Shown here: positions 48,067-55,702 of the stretch, piece by piece
Position numbering within the stretch: the stretch's first letter is position 1
Layout: each line of letters begins with the position of its first letter
Translations under genes and position numbers: made by a program
Virus record (IMG/VR): IMGVR_UViG_3300045988_176682
Source: a virus
Length of the DNA stretch: 64,000 nt
Direction: 5' to 3' (one strand)
The notes under the pieces: generated by a model
What the model was told of the DNA's origin: nothing
The model's input: the letters and a program-made list of their open reading frames with translations, nothing else
The model's database searches: none

Positions 48067-48481
48067 ATTAATAAAATCAAAACAAAGGGTTAAGGATTTC
48101 GGTGAAGTGTTTACGCCTATCTGGGTTGTAAATGAAATGCTTGACGAATTAGAAAAAGAATCAGATGCTTTTTCTGATATTGGTAAAACTTTTCTCGAGC
48201 CAACTTGTGGCACAGGCAATTTTGTTGTTGAAATATATAGACGTAAGCTAAACCGATGCAAAAATGACCGAGCAAAAGCCGAAATAGCTTTAAGAAGCCT
48301 TTGGTGTATAGAGCTCTTAGAGGACAATATGATGGAGTGTAGACAACGAGTTAAAGATATTTTCGCTTACTATGGTTGGACAGATTTGCCTTTTGATGAG
48401 GTGTTTGAAAAACAGTTCTTAATAGGGGATTCATTGAAAATTATGAAGCAATGGGAAGAAGAGGAGAAGGAGAATGACTGA
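48059..48481 (+). pseudogene. N-terminal fragment of a gamma-class N6-adenine DNA methyltransferase (motifs X and I only; no NPPY/F)
   Basis: GEVFTPIWVVNEMLD...LEPTCGTGNFVVE gives motif X and the AdoMet motif I. ORF ends after 140 aa. Confidence 0.4.
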
Positions 48482-48686
48482 AAAACGTACGCCAGAAGTT
48501 GGCGATGTGTGGCAGAGAAAATTGCTTTTTGACCGCGTACATATTGTTCAAGTAAGTAAAAACGCTGTGAGATATCAAATAGGAAAAATCAAATTCAAAA
48601 CAATTCCCAAGGATTTTTTTCTAGATGCCTATAAATATCTCGGCAAGAGCAAAGCCAGTATTAAAGATTTGTTTGAGGTGGAATGA
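48474..48686 (+). CDS. Small conserved protein (paralogue B of 47414..47635)
   Basis: See paralogue A. Confidence 0.55.
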   Translation: MTEKRTPEVGDVWQRKLLFDRVHIVQVSKNAVRYQIGKIKFKTIPKDFFLDAYKYLGKSKASIKDLFEVE

Positions 48687-49018
48687 TGAAAGATTCTGAT
48701 ATTAAAAATGACAATGGCGGAGTGTGGATAAATATTTATAAACTTCCTGATAAAGAAATATATTGGAGTGGTTCCGTTGGCCATTCAACCAAAGAAATGG
48801 CACAATACAATAATGCTGGCGAGTATTATAGGATAGCAACTTTGAATATTAAAGAAGTTCTTAATCAGCAATCCGAGATTAAAAGGCTTAGAAAGGCTCT
48901 AGACAAGATTCTAAATTACAACTCCGTAAAAGAACAGACGGATAAATATTATCATATAGTGATGGACGTAAGAGAAATAGCCCAAATGGCCTTAAACGGT
49001 GAAAGTGAGGAAAGATGA
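48683..49018 (+). CDS. Hypothetical protein
   Basis: 111-aa ORF, ATGA-coupled. Confidence 0.5.
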   Translation: MMKDSDIKNDNGGVWINIYKLPDKEIYWSGSVGHSTKEMAQYNNAGEYYRIATLNIKEVLNQQSEIKRLRKALDKILNYNSVKEQTDKYYHIVMDVREIAQMALNGESEER

Positions 49019-49230
49019 CATGGAAAGAACTTTGTGAGAAAGCACAAGAGCTTGGGTATTCTGAATGGGGTTTTTGTTTAGAGGGTAAGGCAGACCTTAT
49101 AAGATTTTATAAAAATGGTCAAATAAAAGTAAGAAATTTTGATACAGTTTTTATACAAATAGCGGAAAACCGTACGCCCGACCAGATGTATCAAATTATG
49201 TTGGCCTTAAAGAGTGAAAATGAGGAATAA
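49015..49230 (+). CDS. Hypothetical protein
   Basis: 71-aa ORF, ATGA-coupled. Confidence 0.45.
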   Translation: MTWKELCEKAQELGYSEWGFCLEGKADLIRFYKNGQIKVRNFDTVFIQIAENRTPDQMYQIMLALKSENEE

Positions 49231-49248
49231 TGACAGAGGAAATAGAAA

Positions 49249-49422
49249 ATGAAATTTGAAGAAGCTTTGAAAGCTATGCGTGAAGGTAAAACGGTTAAAC
49301 GTAAAGAATGGAGTAAGACCGAGTTTAATAGAAGAAAATATCTTTGTCTGGAAAAATACCATTGCGAAACATTGTGGACAGAGGATTTTCTAGCAGATGA
49401 TTGGGAGGTTGTAGATGAGTAA
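49249..49422 (+). CDS. DUF2829-family protein, short paralogue (Tad2-like)
   Basis: MKFEEALKAMREGKTVKRKEWSK...DFLADDWEVVDE. 57 aa, below the ORF-track cutoff. RBS GAGGAA. Confidence 0.45.
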   Translation: MKFEEALKAMREGKTVKRKEWSKTEFNRRKYLCLEKYHCETLWTEDFLADDWEVVDE

Positions 49423-49609
49423 ATTAGTTCAGATAAATATGGTTGATAACGGAAAAACATTTATTTTTAATGGCACCAAATATAAATTGGTTTCACAAAG
49501 TAAATATTGGCGTTCTTTTGTTCGAGATGATGGTACACCCGTAGAACCTAAAGATATACCCACTGAATTTCTTATAGGAAAAATTAAAGTTGAGGTTTTA
49601 GATGATTAG
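49415..49609 (+). CDS. Hypothetical protein
   Basis: 64-aa ORF. Confidence 0.4.
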   Translation: MSKLVQINMVDNGKTFIFNGTKYKLVSQSKYWRSFVRDDGTPVEPKDIPTEFLIGKIKVEVLDD

Positions 49610-49669
49610 GCGCTTGCTTTGTTGGTTACTCGGTCGTTGATGTTAAACGTATTTTTGAGGTAAAGAAAA

Positions 49670-50071
49670 ATGACAAATTATGAGACAAAATTAGTCGTCA
49701 TTATTGCCACAAACGATTTAAGTATTTTACATGAAACTGCTTTCTATGATGATTATATCGACGATGATAATCTGGAAAGTCTTTTGGACGCGTTGGATAA
49801 TGATAGTGTTATTAATTACAAGGCCGATTTTGAAGCAGAAGACCAATTAGAGGCCGTTGAATATTTGGATTGCCGGACACCTAGAGATCATTATTTTATT
49901 GCCATTGAAACACCAGTTACATATCGACCGGAGAAATGTTCAGCCGCGTGGAACTCTTGGGGCTACACTCGAACAATTTGGGTATTTGTTGCCTCTCTGG
50001 CTGAGATTGATAAATACCGCCAAATGGTTGGTAGAATGGCAGATGAAACATTAACAGAGGAGGACTTTTAA
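49670..50071 (+). CDS. Hypothetical acidic protein
   Basis: 133-aa ORF. Confidence 0.5.
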   Translation: MTNYETKLVVIIATNDLSILHETAFYDDYIDDDNLESLLDALDNDSVINYKADFEAEDQLEAVEYLDCRTPRDHYFIAIETPVTYRPEKCSAAWNSWGYTRTIWVFVASLAEIDKYRQMVGRMADETLTEEDF

Positions 50072-50280
50072 TGGATTTTTTTGAAGCGAGAATAGCTTCT
50101 TTGGAAGAAGAAGTATTAAAATATAAGGATGTCTTGGAAGATATAAGGGATGGAGTTTACCCATATAAAGACATGCTAGGGTGCTTAAATTGTAAAAGAG
50201 CCACGATAAAAGAACTTAGGGAGATGGCAAGAAAAGCTTTATTAAATAAGGAGGAACCAGATGATGATATATCATTCTAG
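50071..50280 (+). CDS. Hypothetical protein
   Basis: 69-aa ORF. Confidence 0.45.
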   Translation: MDFFEARIASLEEEVLKYKDVLEDIRDGVYPYKDMLGCLNCKRATIKELREMARKALLNKEEPDDDISF

Positions 50281-50563
50281 GGAAGAATATGAGGTGGCCA
50301 TGAGAGGCGGAGTTCAAGAAAAACGTTTTAATATGGAAGTATCAAAATATTATGAAGAAAAAATAAAAATCCTCGAAAAACAAGTAAGAACTTTAAAAAG
50401 AAATCTTAGGGAAATATCTGAGGTTGTAAAAGAACAATATGATAATATGCCTTTCCATAACAGTTTTACTTTTGAGAAAGATAGTGATTTGAACAGAATT
50501 TATTATATTGCCACTAATGGGAAAAGTTTATTTAGAAGGAGGAGTAATCAAAATGAAATTTAG
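50261..50563 (+). CDS. Hypothetical protein
   Basis: 100-aa ORF. Confidence 0.45.
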   Translation: MMIYHSREEYEVAMRGGVQEKRFNMEVSKYYEEKIKILEKQVRTLKRNLREISEVVKEQYDNMPFHNSFTFEKDSDLNRIYYIATNGKSLFRRRSNQNEI

Positions 50564-50705
50564 TAATGTGCTCTATTTTGTCTTGGGGGCCTATTTTGGT
50601 GCATTAGTTTCCATGGCTATACTTAGTGGATATTTAATAAACGACCAAATCTTTTCAGCTCCGTTTACTGATAGGGTCTATATTTGTGCCGAGGTAATAA
50701 AATGA
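50553..50705 (+). CDS. Small membrane protein
   Basis: MKFSNVLYFVLGAYFGALVSMAILSGYL TM segment. RBS GGAGGAG. Confidence 0.4.
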   Translation: MKFSNVLYFVLGAYFGALVSMAILSGYLINDQIFSAPFTDRVYICAEVIK

Positions 50706-50859
50706 AGAAAAATGAAGAACTCCTCCGGTATCTTAAAAATATAATGGAAGTTCTTGACGAGATGGAACCAAGGCCTTTTACCTTTCCGGAAGATTATTGT
50801 TACAAAATAAGGGAAAACCTTATAAAGGCAATTAACTTAATTTCTAAAGGGAAAGATAA

Positions 50860-51072
50860 ATGATTACTTATATTTTAATCGGAGGAATAATCTTTTTGTT
50901 AGATATGTTTTTTAATGAAGAGGATTATAAGAAATTATCTCCCGAAAGCAGGTATTTTCTAACACATAATATAACGTACTTTTTGGTTACTTTCTTGATT
51001 ATCTCTCTTATATGGCCTCTGATTATACTTCATTGGTTAGTACAGTTAAAAGGAAAGATTAATCATGAATAA
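50860..51072 (+). CDS. Small membrane protein (2 TM; holin-like size/topology)
   Basis: 70 aa. TM1 ILIGGIIFLLDMFF and TM2 FLVTFLIISLIWPLIILHWLV. Confidence 0.4.
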   Translation: MITYILIGGIIFLLDMFFNEEDYKKLSPESRYFLTHNITYFLVTFLIISLIWPLIILHWLVQLKGKINHE

Positions 51073-51280
51073 CGTTTTTATACCTTTTAAAGAGGTAGGA
51101 AGTTCTTTAATTATTCTTATTGATGTAAATAAGATTTCTTATATCAAAGAAGTTTCTTCGGATTCTAAGAAAAAAATAATTCTTGAAATACTTCTTGATA
51201 ATGGAACCTTAGTACTTGTTGATGAGACTCTTAATTCGATAGTTAATAAAATGAAGAGAATGAGGTTATTTAATGTTTAA
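51065..51280 (+). CDS. Hypothetical protein
   Basis: 71-aa ORF. Confidence 0.4.
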   Translation: MNNVFIPFKEVGSSLIILIDVNKISYIKEVSSDSKKKIILEILLDNGTLVLVDETLNSIVNKMKRMRLFNV

Positions 51281-51604
51281 TATAAATAATGATTTTTTAC
51301 TTTATGATTTCGAGCCGAAAAAGCTTGGATTTAGATTAAGGGATTTTTTACGGAAAAAATTTTGGGCCCTCTGTCGCACTGAACTTCTATGTTGTTATAA
51401 GAGAAGATAATTTTAATTATTGGGAAATTATCTTTTTATATCAGAAAAATAAAAAGGCTCCGGAACATTTTAAACGTTCAAGTATTCAGAAAAATCTAAC
51501 GTTAAAATCGGTTATTAAGCTCTCTGTATTTATAGATACCAAAACCAAAATTAAAGACCTTTTCCCTATTTTAGATTCTTTGTGCATTACTCTTAAAAAT
51601 ATGA

Positions 51605-51668
51605 TTGACAATAATCAAGATGAGATATAATGTCTTCTTATGACAATAAGAGTCTTATATTGTCATTT
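51605..51668 (+). promoter_or_regulatory. Promoter-like element (TTGACA-17-TAATGT) plus 9-bp inverted repeat ATGACAATA/TATTGTCAT
   Basis: -35 at 51605-51610. IR arms at 51640-51648 and 51660-51668. Confidence 0.35.
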
Positions 51669-51699
51669 ACCGAAACTTAATAAAAGAAAGGAATTTTTT

Positions 51700-52551
51700 A
51701 TGTCAGAAGTCAATATTAACGATGTCATCTCTCAAGCTCTTGCCAACGGTGAAATAAACTGTCCGGAAGGAGTTAATCCTGCTCAATGGGAAATGGCTAA
51801 GGCTGTTTACTTTAACCAGATTGGTATGTCTGCCCAGGCCGCCTCTGTAGCCGCCCCGCAAGCCGTCCCGGCAGCCTCTGTTCCAGTAGCATCTGTTCCC
51901 GCTACCTTAGGAAACGCTGCTGCTCCTGCTGCATATACCCCGCAAAGTTCTGCTTTCGACCTCGATGCTCCGACCTCTTCTGGTCTGTCTGGTGTAGAAG
52001 GTTATTTGAAATGTAAGCACAGTCAAACAATCGTAGACGATAAGATTGTAACCAATAACTCTTTCATTGCTGAAATTGTTATGGCTAACGTAACCAAAAA
52101 GTTATCTATTCGCGGAGGTTCTGCCGGTAACATTAAATATTTCTCAACAACCGACGGCGTTACGGCTAACGATGGTACTCCTTGGATGACAGCTATCCAG
52201 AACATTCAAAGAATCCAAGCCGATGCCCGTCCTTATACAAGTTACGACATTCCGCTGAAACTGTGTGAAGACTTGGTTAATGTCAGCGTAGTTAATGGTC
52301 AGGCTGCAACCTCAGTAGTAGCTCCGGCAGGGACTGTATTGGGACATACTACGGCTATCACCGGAAGAGCCGGTTTTGAGTCTTTAATCAATGACCTGAA
52401 ACGTGATGGAAAAGTACCGAGTAACGAAATTGTTTATGTCCGCGTTGTCCGTCAAGACAGAAACAAAGGAAGCTTTGCTTGGGCTACTTTTAATTTTGAA
52501 TTGTTGGATGAGAACGAAGCTGCTACTTATGCGGCTAAGATGTCTGCTTAA
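51700..52551 (+). CDS. Hypothetical protein, candidate ssDNA-binding/annealing protein (positional)
   Basis: 283 aa from the internal ATG. Ala/Pro-rich linker. First gene of the replication block. Confidence 0.4.
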   Translation: MSEVNINDVISQALANGEINCPEGVNPAQWEMAKAVYFNQIGMSAQAASVAAPQAVPAASVPVASVPATLGNAAAPAAYTPQSSAFDLDAPTSSGLSGVEGYLKCKHSQTIVDDKIVTNNSFIAEIVMANVTKKLSIRGGSAGNIKYFSTTDGVTANDGTPWMTAIQNIQRIQADARPYTSYDIPLKLCEDLVNVSVVNGQAATSVVAPAGTVLGHTTAITGRAGFESLINDLKRDGKVPSNEIVYVRVVRQDRNKGSFAWATFNFELLDENEAATYAAKMSA

Positions 52552-52651
52552 CAGTCAATTTAATTCCCACCCAGTTAGGGCTCTGGTAAAAAGCCCATCT
52601 CCCCAACCCGAGAACAATTATCTCGGGTTCCCCCTTTCAGGAGAAACGCAT

Positions 52652-53449
52652 ATGGTTTTAATTTATGATGTTAATAACTGGATAAGAGTTAAACTGTCAA
52701 CCGACGGAGACCAGTTAACCATTAACAATTTCTGGTCTGAGGTTTTATACAACTCTTCTAAAGGAGAGGTTCAAATTTTTGTCTCTGATGGTTTTAATTC
52801 GAGAAAAAAGAGAAAAGAAATCTATCCAGAGTATAAAGCAAAAAGAAAGCCTGCCGATGCCTCTATTTATGATGGTATCAATTTCTTTAAGAACCTTTTG
52901 CGTCATGCTCCAAAAAATGTTTTTTATGTAGAAGTCCCGGAAATGGAAGCAGATGATATTATAGCTCATCTGGTAAGATACCGAAATAATTACTACATTG
53001 GAAAAGATATTCATATTATTTCAACCGATAAAGATTTAACCCAGCTTTTAGTTTATCCCGGAGTAACTACTCTGGCTACTCCTCCGGTAGAACCTAGATT
53101 TGTTAGGCTTTATAAAACTTTAGTTGGGGATAATTCAGACAATATTCCGGGAGTGCCGGGAATAGGGAAGTCTTCTTGGGAGAATATCCCGGAAGAAGTA
53201 AAAAAAGAACTTAATATGATGTTGGCCTCCGGCGGGATGTTGACCGAACATTTGGCAGATGAATTAGAAAAATGTTTCAAGCCAAAGCAACTGGAAAATT
53301 TTTATGAAGCTTATTATAATGGTAGTCTGCACATGTTCTTTAAGATTGTAGATTTTATAGATTATCCATTTAATCCGTCAATATTGAAGACAGGAGACGG
53401 AGACTTAAACTTTGTTAACAAGCAACTGAATGAGTTATTTATATTATGA
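52652..53449 (+). CDS. 5'-3' exonuclease / flap endonuclease (FEN, Pol I N-terminal-like)
   Basis: YPEYKAKRK motif, acidic clusters and H3TH GVPGIGKSSWENI. Start at the internal ATG with RBS AGGAG. Confidence 0.7.
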   Translation: MVLIYDVNNWIRVKLSTDGDQLTINNFWSEVLYNSSKGEVQIFVSDGFNSRKKRKEIYPEYKAKRKPADASIYDGINFFKNLLRHAPKNVFYVEVPEMEADDIIAHLVRYRNNYYIGKDIHIISTDKDLTQLLVYPGVTTLATPPVEPRFVRLYKTLVGDNSDNIPGVPGIGKSSWENIPEEVKKELNMMLASGGMLTEHLADELEKCFKPKQLENFYEAYYNGSLHMFFKIVDFIDYPFNPSILKTGDGDLNFVNKQLNELFIL

Positions 53450-55074
53450 GAAACAATGCTTGGCTTAGTTCTGGAGGAGATGAAGCGAGTGATGAAGTAA
53501 TCACTCCCAGATACGTTGTGGAACCTATTGTCAAATATCTTAAGGCTAAAAATTTTAAGGTTGTTTGGTGTCCGTTTGATACGGTAGTGTCCCAATATGT
53601 TCGCGTTCTTTATAAGGAAGGGTTTGATGTCAGGTTTGGACACCGAGACATAGGGCTTGACTTTTTCAAATATGAATGTCCGGAAGCAGATGTCATTGTT
53701 TCAAATCCGCCGTTCAGTTGTTATAGCGATGATACAGAGGTATTTACTAAAAGAGGATGGATTAGATTTCCGAATATATTACCAACTGATGAGATTTTAT
53801 CCGTAAACAATAAAAAAGAAATTAGTTGGGATAAAATTTCGAGAGTTATAAAAAAAGAGGTTAATGAGGATTTATATCATTTTAAAAATAAAAACATGGA
53901 TTTATTAGTTACCTCTGACCACAGGATGTTTGCCTACAATAAATATTCTAATGAGTTATGTATTGGTAAAGATGGGGATTTATTAAGAGCTTCCGAAATT
54001 GGAAGTAAACACTATTTTCCTAAAAATGGATATACTTGGAAAGGAGAGATTAACAACGATTATTTAGTTCTCCCACATACAAAAAATCCCCCTAGGAGTA
54101 AAGTTAGCTTTTATCCTGAACTAAAGATACCTCTAATTGATTGGCTTCCTTTTTTCGGATTATGGTTGGCTGATGGATTCGTTTCTACATATAAAGGAAC
54201 CGGACATGAATATACTGTGGGGATAAAACAAGGAGAATCTAGATGGAGAGAGGTAGAGAATATCTTAAATAAGTTACCTTTTAAATATTCTAAATATATA
54301 AATAAAATATACCCCAGCGATAGGGAAAGAAAAGCTGACTATGCTATATATCAAAAACAATTATGGGATTATATGAACCAATTTGGTAAATCTCAAAATA
54401 AATTTATTCCTTCTTGGATAAAAAATCTTCCTGTGAGGTATTTAAAGCTTCTTATTTATGGCTATACTTTAGGAGATAGTTTTAGACATAAAGGAATAAA
54501 TTCAATAACTACTTCTATTCATTATGGGTCAGTTTCTAAACAGTTGCTAGAAGATATTCAAGAGATATTATTAAAATTAGGAAATATAACTAATATTTCT
54601 CACCAGATTTTAAATAATGGTAATGATTATTATCGCTTAATCTTGAATAAAGATAGTTGCAGTAACAGAGCTATGTATATACGTAAAAATCCTCAAAATA
54701 AGGAACCCTATAATGGGTTAGTATATTGTTTAACTCTAAAAGAGAATAGTATTTTTTTAGTGAGAAGAAACAATAAAATAATATTTTGCGGTAATTGTAA
54801 AGACCAAGTATTGGAAAGACTTTATAAATTAGATAAACCCTTTATGGTTTTATTTCCTGTTCAAGTATTACAGGGAAAGAAAAGAACCAAGTTGTTTATG
54901 AAATATGGGTTGGAGTATCTTGGATTTGATTCCCGTCCTTGTTTTTATACCAAAAATGACTTATCGTCTATAAAAACGGGAAATCATTTTGCCAGCGGAT
55001 ATTATTGCCGGAATGTTCTTCCGGAGAAATTAATTTTTGAAGAATTAAAATTAATACAGGAGCCTTTTATATGA
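53446..55074 (+). CDS. Small phage Dam-like N6-adenine methyltransferase interrupted by an intein (extein about 186 aa)
   Basis: N-extein ...ITPRYVVEPIV...ADVIVSNPPFS. C-extein CKDQVLERLY...FMVLFPVQ.... The intein lies between them. Confidence 0.55.
   Translation: MRNNAWLSSGGDEASDEVITPRYVVEPIVKYLKAKNFKVVWCPFDTVVSQYVRVLYKEGFDVRFGHRDIGLDFFKYECPEADVIVSNPPFSCYSDDTEVFTKRGWIRFPNILPTDEILSVNNKKEISWDKISRVIKKEVNEDLYHFKNKNMDLLVTSDHRMFAYNKYSNELCIGKDGDLLRASEIGSKHYFPKNGYTWKGEINNDYLVLPHTKNPPRSKVSFYPELKIPLIDWLPFFGLWLADGFVSTYKGTGHEYTVGIKQGESRWREVENILNKLPFKYSKYINKIYPSDRERKADYAIYQKQLWDYMNQFGKSQNKFIPSWIKNLPVRYLKLLIYGYTLGDSFRHKGINSITTSIHYGSVSKQLLEDIQEILLKLGNITNISHQILNNGNDYYRLILNKDSCSNRAMYIRKNPQNKEPYNGLVYCLTLKENSIFLVRRNNKIIFCGNCKDQVLERLYKLDKPFMVLFPVQVLQGKKRTKLFMKYGLEYLGFDSRPCFYTKNDLSSIKTGNHFASGYYCRNVLPEKLIFEELKLIQEPFI
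53719..54795 (+). mobile_element. Intein (359 aa) with LAGLIDADG homing endonuclease domain
   Basis: Block A CYSDDTEVFTKRGW. Block B TSDH. LAGLIDADG motifs GLWLADGF and LIYGYTLGDSF. Blocks F/G VYCLTLKENSIFLV...IIFCGN followed by +1 Cys. Confidence 0.75.
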
Positions 55075-55382
55075 CAAAATTCAACTGTGGTCTATTTGAT
55101 ATGGTAGGAAATTGGCAGCATGGAGAAATAATTGAGGGAACTTATCGAACCAGAGATGCCGCTTCAAAATATCTCGGAACAAATCGAGATAAGATTATTG
55201 ACCAAAGATACCTTTGTGTGGTTACGGATAATAAAAATTCAATCGCAGTTTATTTGGTAACCCCTAAAAATATCTTTAATCAAAAAAGTTTGATTGAAGT
55301 TAAACTTGCCGAGGGATTAAGGGGAGATTTAGTAGATGTACTTGTTGATAGCACCCTACACACACCAAAGCTCTCTGGTTAA
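55071..55382 (+). CDS. Hypothetical protein
   Basis: 103-aa ORF, ATGA-coupled. Confidence 0.5.
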   Translation: MTKFNCGLFDMVGNWQHGEIIEGTYRTRDAASKYLGTNRDKIIDQRYLCVVTDNKNSIAVYLVTPKNIFNQKSLIEVKLAEGLRGDLVDVLVDSTLHTPKLSG

Positions 55383-55686
55383 AAAGGCCAGAGCCCGAGC
55401 CACTTTAGATGTAGCCAACAGCCTTGGTACAGAGGTTATGGCTCCCTCTCTTTATGCCCACCTAATCGGCGAAACCGGAGAGACTTTTAATCTTCATGCG
55501 TTAACTTTTTCTCTGCTTAGAAATGTTAACGGAGTTATTGCTTATAAACTTCCCGGCTATCAAATTGACGAGGAATTTAAGAAAACCATAGAGGCTGCTG
55601 TAGCTCTTGATATACCCGTACAAATGATGGACCCTTATCCGTCTCATTTACAGGGTAATTATGCAGACGTTTGGCAGTCTCTTTAA
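55336..55686 (+). CDS. Hypothetical protein (possible nucleoside 2-deoxyribosyltransferase-like fold; weak)
   Basis: 116-aa ORF immediately upstream of the DNA polymerase gene. Confidence 0.4.
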   Translation: MYLLIAPYTHQSSLVKKARARATLDVANSLGTEVMAPSLYAHLIGETGETFNLHALTFSLLRNVNGVIAYKLPGYQIDEEFKKTIEAAVALDIPVQMMDPYPSHLQGNYADVWQSL

Positions 55687-55702
55687 CGAAGGAAAATAAT
55701 CA

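Noticed and set aside
51640-51699. Upstream extension of the 51700 gene from ATG 51640
   Set aside because: The extension overlaps the promoter/IR element. The internal ATG at 51700 has the better RBS spacing.
52403-52651. 5' extension of the FEN ORF
   Set aside because: It overlaps the preceding gene for 150 nt. The internal ATG at 52652 is preceded by AGGAG and matches the conserved FEN N-terminus.
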